From Alphaproteobacteria bacterium (GTDB lineage: Bacteria; Pseudomonadota; Alphaproteobacteria; UBA11073): a DNA stretch of 64,000 bases. The stretch spans positions 20,635 to 84,634 of the forward strand of contig JABDAM010000004.1 in NCBI GenBank assembly GCA_013289145.1, written 5' to 3'. Positions 55,215 to 64,000 of the stretch are shown piece after piece. Both the position numbers and the translations under genes were made by a program. Positions within the stretch are counted from its first letter, which is position 1, and every line of letters starts with the position of its first letter. Below the pieces are notes generated by a model. It was not told where the DNA came from. It saw only the letters and a program-made list of their open reading frames with translations, and made no database searches.

Positions 55215-56071
55215 CTTTCAACGAAGGCAAAACATGTGATGCCATCATGCGCCATCTTGAGGCGCGTGAAAACGCCCAACGCGGAGTTTTATGATTTCCG
55301 GAAAATGAACATCACAAAGCACCCGTTGAAATAGTTTGCGAAATCGGCAATCAGCTATTTGCATTTGAACATACCTGCATTGAACCATTTGAAGGTCATG
55401 TGCAGATGAACAATCAGGCTGACACTCATTATAAGCCTATATTGGATGCATTAAATGGAAACTTGCCGCCAGGAGCGTTCCAGTTGCATATTCCGGCCAA
55501 AGCATTTCAGGGAATGGAGAAACATGCCATCAAAAAGATTCATGACGTAATAATCGGTTGGATTAAACAAACTGCCCCCACGTTGCCGATCAATCCTTAT
55601 GCTCACTATAAGGGTGGCGGCACGGGGCCAACTACACTTGCTGATGTGCCTTTCGATGTGTCGCTATACCGATTCAAGGCAGCACAACTGCAAGGGCATC
55701 TCAATATAATACACTTGGTTGCAGAAGATGGTGGAAAGGCACGAACTGCACGCATCAGAACGGCCTGTGACAAAAAGTTTCCAAAATTGGCTCATTGGAA
55801 ACGTGATGAGGGCGCGAGGACGGTTCTTATTCTGGAAGATAATGATATCCAACTGACAAATCATCAAATCGTCGCAGATGTATTTGCTCCTCTAGCATTA
55901 GCCAGAGACGATAGGCCGGATGAAACCTATGTTGTTATCACATGCACAGACCCATGGTGGATATGGCCAATTTTGATTGATGGTAGGACTTGTTATGAGA
56001 TGTTTGAAAACGGGGAGTCCCCGGGCTGCGAAGTTAATATGAAAGAACTTGTGCAGCTGACAAAGCGTTAA
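55208..56071 (+). pseudogene. hypothetical gene interrupted by an in-frame TGA (55292-55294)
   Basis: The ATG at 55208 overlaps the upstream stop (ATGCTAA). The frame is open for 28 codons, then TGA, then stays open in the same frame through the GTG at 55400 used by the ORF track, ending at 56071. Confidence 0.5.
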
Positions 56072-56392
56072 TCGTTGCCCAGAGCCAAAATCCCACTTCC
56101 ACCTAGCCCGATTCCGGCCTAATATCCGCATGTCATCCATCCATGTGGGCGGGTGATGGGGCTTAGTAACCTCTTAACTGTAGCGGCTGGGCACAGCCGT
56201 GACTGATGCCGTTCTCTTAACAAGTGATTGGCATCGGAAGTGCCGCTTCTCAGCTTCGGCTGGGGAGCGGTGGCGTATGTCCAAGCCTCACGGCTAAAGG
56301 CCATCGCGCCGTTGCTACAGTGACGGTTACTAATCCCCAGTCGCCAGAGTCTCTCTGGCGGCTTTTTTCTTATCAACTTTGGGGAGAAACCG

Positions 56393-57034
56393 ATGAAGAA
56401 AATTTACTCACTGGCATTTGCAGCAGCTCTGCTGGCTGTCGCCGCTGCCACAGCGCATGCCGACGACTGGACAACAAACTTGCACCCGTATGTAGGCGCT
56501 GATTATCAATTCACGCACCTGAAATACAATAATGATTATGGCGTGGGCAGTGGCTTGGCATTAGACGGCAACACAATTTTAGAACGTGGCCTGAATGGTG
56601 GAAACATCCACGTGGGCGTGCGCCCAGCGCAGTATTGGGGCGCAGAGTTGGGTTATTTTGACACGACCAATGAAAGTAAGAACATCGCCGCAGGAACGAC
56701 AGTTGGCCCCGGCACGGTGGCTTTGGTGCCGCTGACAGGCAAGGTGCAAATGCATGGCGCGACGCTGGATGCGATGGGCTACCTCCCGATAGTCACCAAC
56801 CGGGTTGATTTAATCGCCACCACCGGGCTTGCATGGGATCATCTCAAGGTTGGCTTTGGCGGCCTCGGCAGCGTCAGCAAAAGTGAGATTGATTGGCGGA
56901 TTGGTGGCGGCGCACAGGTGAACTTGTTGCCAAATTTGAATCTGCGCGGCTTGGTGCGTTATCAAACGGCGGATTTCAAAAACATCGCTGACAACGCTTG
57001 GGTTTACACCGCCGGGATGAATTATAGCTTCTAA
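56393..57034 (+). CDS. outer-membrane beta-barrel protein (OmpA-like/porin-fold)
   Basis: Signal peptide MKKIYSLAFAAALLAVAAATAHA. Alternating amphipathic strands. C-terminal GMNYSF with terminal Phe. Confidence 0.7.
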   Translation: MKKIYSLAFAAALLAVAAATAHADDWTTNLHPYVGADYQFTHLKYNNDYGVGSGLALDGNTILERGLNGGNIHVGVRPAQYWGAELGYFDTTNESKNIAAGTTVGPGTVALVPLTGKVQMHGATLDAMGYLPIVTNRVDLIATTGLAWDHLKVGFGGLGSVSKSEIDWRIGGGAQVNLLPNLNLRGLVRYQTADFKNIADNAWVYTAGMNYSF

Positions 57035-57099
57035 TTTCTTCACCGCCGCCAGTCAAAAGCTGGCGGCCTTTCTTTCGACATCAAACCGAGAGCAAAATC

Positions 57100-57486
57100 A
57101 TGCGTATCATCTCTTTTATCAGCCTCGTGGCACTCACTGGCTGCATTACTGCTTGTTCCAGTATTATTGAAGGACGCAGTCAGCAGATCGTCATTAATAC
57201 CAACCCGCCCGGCGCAAGCTGCCAGTTAGTCCGCAACGGCACAACCATCGCCACAGTTACAGACACTCCCAGCGGCGTGAATGTGGATAAAACCAAATAT
57301 GATATTGAGATAAAATGTAATAAGCCCGGCTATCAACAGGCTACCTACCTAAACCATTCCGGCGCGGCAGGTGCTACGTTTGGCAACATTATCCTTGGCG
57401 GCGGCATCGGTTGGGCAATCGACTCCGCTTCCGGCGCTGATAACAAATACGACAGTCCGGTGAATATCACGTTGGCGAAGAAATAA
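57100..57486 (+). CDS. lipoprotein with PEGA-like domain
   Basis: Lipobox LVALTGC. IVINTNPPGASCQLVRNG...KPGYQQ resembles a PEGA domain. Confidence 0.5.
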   Translation: MRIISFISLVALTGCITACSSIIEGRSQQIVINTNPPGASCQLVRNGTTIATVTDTPSGVNVDKTKYDIEIKCNKPGYQQATYLNHSGAAGATFGNIILGGGIGWAIDSASGADNKYDSPVNITLAKK

Positions 57487-57553
57487 AGCAGTGAACAACT
57501 GATTATTTGGCAAAGATGATGGATGGGTGGTGATTTGTTCTTCACCCATTCCC

Positions 57554-57787
57554 TTATTCTTTAATATCGGGTTGGTCTTTTGTAAAATTTCCCAAAATGA
57601 AGGGGGCGCTAGCCCCCACATTCACTGCCAGAACTGCTGTGAGTGATGTCCCAGATATATTATAAAGGTAAGCGAGGAAACCGCCAGTCAAGGCCATAAG
57701 AACTGTGTTGATCCAGAAAAACCATGATTTAAGGTGTATGGGAAGTTGATGCGGGGCCGTCATTTTACCTGCTGATCGTTGATTCAA
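57554..57787 (-). CDS. small membrane protein
   Basis: 77-aa ORF with two hydrophobic helices. Coding status uncertain. Confidence 0.3.
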   Translation of the reverse strand: MNQRSAGKMTAPHQLPIHLKSWFFWINTVLMALTGGFLAYLYNISGTSLTAVLAVNVGASAPFILGNFTKDQPDIKE

Positions 57788-58001
57788 CTAAAGTCAGGCA
57801 TAAATATACAGGACGCGGTGGGACGGGAAAGTGCTATAATGCACATAAAGTGCGCACACGTGGGCGCCACCACCGCAGGGACTGATGCACAATCGTTCCC
57901 AAGGCTGGCTTCAAAACATATAAACCCGTCAAACAATATCTGGAAAACGGATAGGACTTGTGGGAAAGTAACAATCTTATCTCGCAAGGAACTATCATAC
58001 T

Positions 58002-59744
58002 ATGACTGCCGTACAGAGTGCCGCCAATGATCAACATCCTGCTGATCAGCAGATGCCTGAAACAATTATTCCATCTATTACATTCGAAACCATAACATTC
58101 TCAGACGGGACAACCATCCATCTCAATCCTAAAGATATTATTGTTTTTGTCGGCCCTAATAATGCTGGTAAAAGTGAGGCTTTGCGAGAACTTAGTCAGC
58201 ACCTATTTCCACAACGTACAGGCGTAGTCGTCAAATCAGTTAAATTGCGAAAGACAGGGAATGTAGAGCAATTGCGTGCATTTCTAAATTTGCACGCAAA
58301 GAAAAAAGACATTCAATATCAAGGCTATCGAATTAATGTTGATGATCGAACGCTAGATCGCGCGTGGACACATGATATCGGCCCTCTGCAAAACCTTTTT
58401 TGCCAGCAAATTTCTACTCAATCAAGAATCCAGGACAGCAACCACGCATCTGCTATTAATACTATTGAACATGCGCCATCCCATCCTATTCATATGCTAT
58501 TTGATGATGATAAGATCGAACAACGTATCAGTGATTATTTCCGACGGGCTTTTGGCAAAGATTTGATTGTATTCCGGGCGGGTGGAAACACATGGCCTCT
58601 TTTAGTGGGTGAACGATTAGTCGCTCAGCCTGGGGAACATATGTATTCCAAGTCTTATAATGAGCGCCAATTAGATGCGGCGGTTCAGCTTTCATTGCAG
58701 GGTGATGGAATGAGAAGTTTTGCCACTGTAATCCTGCACATGCTTGCCCCCGCAACGCCATCCATTCTCTTGCTCGATGAGCCAGAAGCATTTTTGCATC
58801 CACCGCAGGCGCGATTACTGGGTGAATTTATTGCCAATGAACGACCGCCTCAAGCCCAACTATTTATATCAACACATAGCCCCGATGTTCTACAAGGCTT
58901 ACTCAGTACTGCTTCGCAACATCTCCGTATTATTCGCATTCAACGTGACGGCGATGTTAATCGTGTGAAAGAATTGGATAAAGAAAAAACCAGAAGAATT
59001 GCTGCCGACCCCCTAATGAAATTTTCTTCCGTAATGTCTGGCGTATTTCATCAAAGGGTAATTATATGCGAATCTGATTCTGACTGTATGTTTTATAGCT
59101 CTATTCTTGATTTACCTGATGTGCGCGGGGAACGGCAGCCGGATGTTTTATTTATTCACGCAGGCGGCAAGCAGCGCATGGCTGCGCTTGCAGAATCTTT
59201 GTGTGCCCTTGGTGTAAACGTAGATGTGATTGCTGATATTGATATTTTGAATGATGAAACGATTCTTCAGAATCTGATAACGACGCTTGGCGGTAACTGG
59301 TCAGAAATTTTAGCTGAAGCCAGACCTCTTAGGTTGGCGATTGAGCAGAAGAAGCCCTGGCTAGACGCGGGTGAAGTAGTCAAAGAAATTCAGAAAATTC
59401 TCAGGGGTGTTTCTACTTCAGGTGAATTTCCTAAAAAATTGCGCAGTGACGTTGATGCCGTTTTTCGCAAAGCATCACCTTGGGAGGCAATAAAGGCCGC
59501 TGGCGCGGCGGCAATACCTCCAGGGCAAGCAACCCAGCAATATCAGCGTCTGCAAAATCTTTGTAAGGAATGCGGGCTTTGGATTGTGCCTGTTGGCGAA
59601 CTTGAGGGATTCTGTAAATCCGAAGGAGGGCACGGACCGCAATGGGTACAAAAGATTATAGAAAGCCGCGATTTAGCTGCCGATGGCGAACTTGCGGCTG
59701 CTCGGGATTTTATGAGTGAATTGTACAACAAAAGGCCATCATAA
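58002..59744 (+). CDS. OLD-family-like ABC ATPase with C-terminal TOPRIM/DUF4435-like domain
   Basis: Walker A GPNNAGKSE, signature-like LSLQGDGMRSF, Walker B ILLLDEPEAFLHP, H-loop STHSPDV. The C-terminal part has VIICESDSDCMFY and VIADIDIL (Glu plus DxD, TOPRIM-like). Confidence 0.65.
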   Translation: MTAVQSAANDQHPADQQMPETIIPSITFETITFSDGTTIHLNPKDIIVFVGPNNAGKSEALRELSQHLFPQRTGVVVKSVKLRKTGNVEQLRAFLNLHAKKKDIQYQGYRINVDDRTLDRAWTHDIGPLQNLFCQQISTQSRIQDSNHASAINTIEHAPSHPIHMLFDDDKIEQRISDYFRRAFGKDLIVFRAGGNTWPLLVGERLVAQPGEHMYSKSYNERQLDAAVQLSLQGDGMRSFATVILHMLAPATPSILLLDEPEAFLHPPQARLLGEFIANERPPQAQLFISTHSPDVLQGLLSTASQHLRIIRIQRDGDVNRVKELDKEKTRRIAADPLMKFSSVMSGVFHQRVIICESDSDCMFYSSILDLPDVRGERQPDVLFIHAGGKQRMAALAESLCALGVNVDVIADIDILNDETILQNLITTLGGNWSEILAEARPLRLAIEQKKPWLDAGEVVKEIQKILRGVSTSGEFPKKLRSDVDAVFRKASPWEAIKAAGAAAIPPGQATQQYQRLQNLCKECGLWIVPVGELEGFCKSEGGHGPQWVQKIIESRDLAADGELAAARDFMSELYNKRPS

Positions 59745-60029
59745 AACGCATCCTAGAGTTTTACGGCGGATTGCCGGGAGTCTGACATGCGCCGACTTTA
59801 GCACGAATCCGGTGCAACTATTAGAAAAACTGGACTTTTGGGCTATGGAATCTCTAATTTAGGCTATCTGATCACTACCTTTCCGCGGAACGACATATTT
59901 TCAATGGATTAAGCAGGAAACCCCCGGTGACGGTGGGGTTTGTAACCCTCATTATGCGGGGCCAAATTCAATGCTTGCATTTGCCCACATTATCCCACAT
60001 GATACCACATAGGGGTGAGCGGGGTTTCT

Positions 60030-61112
60030 ATGGACTGGTTAGAGCACAGATTAAGCTGCCGTTTGGCGCTGCCCGCCGAGGCCAGTGAGCGGGTTTATGC
60101 CGCCATTGCCGAGATTGATGCGGTCAAGAATAGCTGGCGGCTAACCAACCGTCTGATGCCGCAGATGATTGAACGCCTGATGCAAAGCGTACTGGTGACC
60201 TCCACTGGCGCATCTAACCGGATTGAGGGCAATAAACTCACTGATGAAGAGGTGCAATCGCTTTATAAAAACATGCGCATCCGCAAATTGAAATCGCGCG
60301 ATGAGCAGGAGGTTGCAGGCTATCTGGAAATCTTGCAATCCGTTTTTGAAAATTACGCAAATATGCCTGTGCGGGAATCCACCATCCTGCAACTCCACCG
60401 CGACATGCTGAGCCACAGCGATAAAGACCAAGGACATCTGGGACAATATAAATTCGGCGCGAACCGCGTGGAAGCTAAAGACCCTGACGGTAACGTGATC
60501 GGCATAATTTTCGATCCTACGCCACCATACTTAACGCCATTGGAAATGCGCGAACTGTGTGAATGGTACGCATGGGCGGTGGCGGAAAAATTCAAACATC
60601 CGCTAATCCTGACCGCAAATTTCATCTTTGAATATCTGGCGATCCACCCGTTTCAGGACGGTAATGGACGAACCAGCCGCGTTTTGACAAATTTGATGTT
60701 GTTGCAGCACGGTTATGCTTTCACCACGGTGGCGTCGCACGAGAAAATTATTGAGGATGCCAAGGCAGATTATTACCTGGCGTTGAATCGCACGCAGCGG
60801 ACTTGGAAAACCGAGGCGGAGGATATTACGCCGTGGCTGTCGTTTATTTTTGAAGTCTTTCGCGGTCAGGCAGCCAAAGCCTTGCAGCTGTTGGAAGCGG
60901 ATCAAACCGAACTGCTGCTGTCGGAGAAACAACTGGCGCTATGGCAATGGGCGAACACGTTGCCAGACGGTCTGTTCAGCCCACGCATGGCGGTTGAAGC
61001 TACTGGGTTTCCCGTGCGCACGGTTGAGGCCATCATCAAGAAACTCAGCGACATGAATAAACTGGAACGCCTGGGCGAAGGCCGCGGCACACGGTATCGC
61101 TTGGTGCGATGA
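60030..61112 (+). CDS. fic: Fic family protein (class II, intramolecular inhibitory helix)
   Basis: Active site HPFQDGNGRTSR. N-terminal inhibitory motif SNRIEGN, i.e. (S/T)xxxE(G/N). C-terminal winged-helix-like tail. ORF track starts at GTG 60015. Confidence 0.85.
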   Translation: MDWLEHRLSCRLALPAEASERVYAAIAEIDAVKNSWRLTNRLMPQMIERLMQSVLVTSTGASNRIEGNKLTDEEVQSLYKNMRIRKLKSRDEQEVAGYLEILQSVFENYANMPVRESTILQLHRDMLSHSDKDQGHLGQYKFGANRVEAKDPDGNVIGIIFDPTPPYLTPLEMRELCEWYAWAVAEKFKHPLILTANFIFEYLAIHPFQDGNGRTSRVLTNLMLLQHGYAFTTVASHEKIIEDAKADYYLALNRTQRTWKTEAEDITPWLSFIFEVFRGQAAKALQLLEADQTELLLSEKQLALWQWANTLPDGLFSPRMAVEATGFPVRTVEAIIKKLSDMNKLERLGEGRGTRYRLVR

Positions 61113-61364
61113 ATAGTCATCACGATTGATCTTCGTAGGCTAAATAATACTCTATGATCTGAACCTTTAATAAGGAAATCTCTTATTAAAGGTTGTTTGT
61201 GCGATTTGAATTTCACTGCGAATATGCTATCCTCAATCTTGATTGGAAATCACAACACGGGTTCGAGTTCCTCTTGCACCACAAAAATGTGGGGGCATTA
61301 TCGGGGGCACGGCCAATTTTTTCCTATCGAAAATTCCTTGCAAATTAACCACTTAAAGCATCAA

Positions 61365-61380
61365 TTCGTATCCCGTAGGG
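61365..61380 (+). repeat. degenerate attR core of Island 2
   Basis: TTCGTATCCCGTAGGG versus tRNA-Glu TTCGAATCCCGTAGGG (48275-48290 region), 15/16 identical. Confidence 0.55.
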
Positions 61381-61383
61381 CCC

Positions 61384-61455
61384 ATGCCTCTAACGGAAGC
61401 TGTTTGCCGCACTGCAAAGCCCAGGGACAAGTCATACAAGTTATCAGACGGAAAA
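61384..61455 (+). pseudogene. truncated P4-type integrase fragment (N-terminal ~23 codons)
   Basis: MPLTEAVCRTAKPRDKSYKLSDGK parallels MPLTDVICRNAKPRAKAYKLSDGK of the intact integrase at 48459, after which similarity is lost. Confidence 0.6.
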
Positions 61456-61489
61456 CATATGATTGAACAAGACCTTGGGATCAGAAAAA

Positions 61490-61660
61490 TCAAATTTGAT
61501 GGTCCTGTTTACAAAGCGGAACAACCGCTATACCCTGCTGGCGCGGTCCATCGGATTTGAATTCCACAATTGCTGAAGTAATGACAAAACCAGCCTGTGC
61601 CGCATGACCCAAGCATAACAAACCTATAAATAAGATACCGATTATCGCCGTCTTCCACAT
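61490..61660 (-). CDS. small secreted/membrane protein
   Basis: MWKTAIIGILFIGLLCLGHAAQA signal-like start inside ORF 61490-61735. Weak. Confidence 0.3.
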   Translation of the reverse strand: MWKTAIIGILFIGLLCLGHAAQAGFVITSAIVEFKSDGPRQQGIAVVPLCKQDHQI

Positions 61661-61833
61661 GATGCCCCTCACTATTACAATTTTAATACTTTGATTTAAA
61701 TCAGACAAATTAAATAACGTTTGTATGGAATACATTGGTATATATTTTATAATATTATTTTTAATATTCCCATCCTATCAGGTTACTTTTTTATAATCGT
61801 AAGGCTACATTGGGCGACAACAAAAAGGAAAAT

Positions 61834-63165
61834 ATGACAAGCCCTGCCGCCCAGGACCTGGAAGATTTGCAAGGGGCACGCAAAAATGCGCCTGAAAATG
61901 AGGAAAAAAAGTCCTGGTATCAACGCATAGGCCCAGGGATCGTTACCGGGGCAGCGGATGATGATCCATCCGGCATTGGCACTTACTCCGCCAACGGAGC
62001 GCAATTTGGTTATACGTTGTTATGGCTAATTCCATTGTCTTTGCCATTAATGATCGCGGTGCAAGAAATGTGCGGGCGCATCGGTGCCGTCACCGGCGAA
62101 GGCTTGGCTGCGGTATTGAAACAGTATTATCCTAAATGGCTATTATTCTCCTGTGTTATTCTACTGATAGGCGCTAATATTTTTAATATTTACGCCGATT
62201 TGAATGTCATGGCGGCATCAACCACCATGTTATTCGGCATGTCATTCCATTTGGCTTTAGCCATCATAACGATGGCCATTATCATGCTGCAAATTTTGAT
62301 ACCTTACCGGATTTATGCCAGTATTTTAAAATGGCTTTGCTTGTCATTATTGGGTTATGTGATTGTTGCGCTGCTGCCCGGCATGCATAATGATTGGATC
62401 AACATCATTAAAAGCATGTTTTTGCCGCATTTCAATTTCAAAAGCGAAACTATCCTGGCAATTGTAGCCTTTTTAGGCACCACCATTTCACCTTATTTAT
62501 TTTTCTGGCAGGCTGGCGAAACTGTTGAAGAGGTCATTGCCGAAGGAAAATCAGACCATCCGGGCGAACGCACCAAAACGATCAGCTCCCAAGAAATCCG
62601 GAATATTCGCGCCGACACTATTATCGGCATGACCGTATCACAAATTGCAGCGCTTTTTATTGTGGTCGCAACGGCCGGCACGCTTCATCAACAGGGCATC
62701 ACCGATATTAATACAGCACAAGATGCGGCCAAGGCGCTATTGCCGTTAGGTCAGGCGGCCTATTGGATTTTTACTCTTAGCATGCTGGGAACTGGTTTAT
62801 TGGCCATTCCGACATTGGCGGGATCCGCGGCCTATGCCGTAGCGGAAACGGCAGGCTGGCGTTACGGCCTCTATCGGCGTTTTGGACGGGCAAAAGCTTT
62901 CTATCTAACTATCGCCGCAGTTATTCTACTTGGCTATGGGGTTAATTTCATCCAAGCTATCGATCCGATTAAAGCATTGGTTTACTCGGCAGCATTAAAT
63001 GGCATAATCGCGCCGCCCTTGATCATTGTATTGCTATTTATCTGCAATAACCGCAAGATTGTTGGCGATCGTGTTAATGGCATCTGGTCGAATATCCTGG
63101 GCTGGACTTCGGTTATTTTGATGGGGCCGGCCGCGATTTACCTCATGTATGATATGTTAAAATAA
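61834..63165 (+). CDS. NRAMP-family divalent metal cation transporter
   Basis: GPGIVTGAADDDPSGIGTYSANGAQFGYTLLW is the NRAMP signature region. About 11 TM helices. ATG at 61834 follows AAGGAAA (ORF track starts at TTG 61810). Confidence 0.8.
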   Translation: MTSPAAQDLEDLQGARKNAPENEEKKSWYQRIGPGIVTGAADDDPSGIGTYSANGAQFGYTLLWLIPLSLPLMIAVQEMCGRIGAVTGEGLAAVLKQYYPKWLLFSCVILLIGANIFNIYADLNVMAASTTMLFGMSFHLALAIITMAIIMLQILIPYRIYASILKWLCLSLLGYVIVALLPGMHNDWINIIKSMFLPHFNFKSETILAIVAFLGTTISPYLFFWQAGETVEEVIAEGKSDHPGERTKTISSQEIRNIRADTIIGMTVSQIAALFIVVATAGTLHQQGITDINTAQDAAKALLPLGQAAYWIFTLSMLGTGLLAIPTLAGSAAYAVAETAGWRYGLYRRFGRAKAFYLTIAAVILLGYGVNFIQAIDPIKALVYSAALNGIIAPPLIIVLLFICNNRKIVGDRVNGIWSNILGWTSVILMGPAAIYLMYDMLK

Positions 63166-63276
63166 ATGGAACTCGCGCATAAGGTGTAGAGTTTAAAAAA
63201 TCTTCCTGAGAATTAAAATTTTATTGTTTTGAACCTGCAATTTTATATAAAGTGACCCGACGAAAGTTATACTCCT

Positions 63277-64000
63277 ATGGTCAAAAAAGCCCAAAACCAT
63301 AATTCTGTTCAAATGGTTCTGCTGTCTCATCGCCCTGAGCCGCTGTTTCGTGATCTATTAAGCCGCTTTCTAGCCGCGGCCTCGACAGATGACATCCGCG
63401 CGAAAAAGGCAGCTGATTTCATCCGCGCACATTACGTAAATGGTGAAATCGGCTCCGGTGAGCCTATTTTTAATCAAAATTCCTTCGAAGGCTGGAGCCC
63501 AGACGAAAAGAATGAATTCTTTCGTATTTGGCAATTGGTGCCCATGCTGATGCAGGTCGCTACCGACCAAGCCCTGCGGAACAAAGTTTACGCGGATAAA
63601 GCCAAAAGCGGCCAATCTTTGGTTTATTCAATCGAAGGCGCGATCAGAACAGAAGATATCGACACACTTCCCATCGACGTGCTGGAACGGCGTTATGACA
63701 ACACGGTTACGATTACGTGGACGCGCCATCCGACCAATATTTTTGCGCCTGAAGTTTATGATAACCATGAGCAATTGCGTGATGCGGTGCACGATCTGGC
63801 AAAAGCTTATTACCTAGGCAATCCAAAACCTAGTTTTTCTGAATTTGACGGCGCGATGGCAAAATATGCCGCAACAAAACCAGGTTACGACGGCGGAAAA
63901 ATGCCTGCCTCCTTTGAAGGCCGCCAGGTTCTGAAATTATTCACTCATACCTATCACGGTATGGACCGGGTTTCAGAGCGGATGTTGAACCAGCTTTCCA
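63277..64000 (+). CDS. phosphoenolpyruvate carboxylase-like protein (5' part; runs off the window)
   Basis: Open frame from ATG 63277 to the window end. ITWTRHPTNIF resembles the PEPC VLTAHPTE motif at a similar distance from the N-terminus. Tentative. Confidence 0.3.
   Translation, partial: MVKKAQNHNSVQMVLLSHRPEPLFRDLLSRFLAAASTDDIRAKKAADFIRAHYVNGEIGSGEPIFNQNSFEGWSPDEKNEFFRIWQLVPMLMQVATDQALRNKVYADKAKSGQSLVYSIEGAIRTEDIDTLPIDVLERRYDNTVTITWTRHPTNIFAPEVYDNHEQLRDAVHDLAKAYYLGNPKPSFSEFDGAMAKYAATKPGYDGGKMPASFEGRQVLKLFTHTYHGMDRVSERMLNQLS

Larger units (their letters stand above)
48268..61380 (+). mobile_element. tRNA-Glu-associated genomic island (Island 2) with defence-like cargo
   Basis: P4-type integrase downstream of tRNA-Glu. 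Degenerate copies of the tRNA 3' half at 61255-61266 (ACACGGGTTCGA, 12/12) and 61365-61380 (TTCGtATCCCGTAGGG, 15/16). The arm architecture parallels Island 1. The right boundary is less certain than for Island 1. Confidence 0.7.

Noticed and set aside
58002-61112. Possible Gabija system (a GajA-like ATPase-TOPRIM of the right size).
   Set aside because: No UvrD/PcrA-like helicase (GajB) is adjacent. The next gene is a Fic protein after a 270-bp gap.
61255-61285. ACACGGGTTCGAGTTCCTCTTGCACCAC looks like a tRNA or tmRNA 3' end (T-loop plus CACCA).
   Set aside because: The sequence flanking the TTCGAGT loop cannot form a T-stem (ACGGG versus TCCTC), and there is no matching acceptor 5' strand. 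I interpret it as part of the island's right arm or att scar.

Overview
The window looks like an alphaproteobacterial chromosome segment. GC-rich housekeeping genes (dprA, topA, rnr, apaG, folE, fabD/fabG, rpsF-rpsR-rplI, rmuC, def, fmt, truA) are interrupted repeatedly by visibly AT-richer accessory DNA. Two related P4-type integrase islands sit next to tRNA genes. Island 1 (about 30120-41603, tRNA-Gln) has perfect 20-bp att repeats. It is a mobilizable element with an RP4/T-DNA-border-like oriT, MobC and a TraI-like relaxase, but no mating-pore genes. Island 2 (about 48268-61380, tRNA-Glu) carries a nested second recombinase module and a defence-like set of genes: a SEC-C/PD-(D/E)xK-like protein, a HEPN-like (R-x4-H) protein, a partner ORF with an in-frame TGA, an OLD-like ABC-ATPase/TOPRIM protein and a class II Fic protein. 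It ends in a truncated integrase remnant. Both islands share the same att-arm layout (GGGGG-N-GGGGG motifs at conserved offsets) and a hairpin covering the integrase RBS and start codon. Between the islands lie an ECF sigma/anti-sigma module with twin divergent promoters, and a LuxI/LuxR locus. Other notable items are an orphan DotA/TraY-like membrane protein, an ankyrin-like protein built from 135-bp tandem repeats, and several orphan AT-rich genes that may be effectors. All functional calls come from motif reading by eye; no database search was run.
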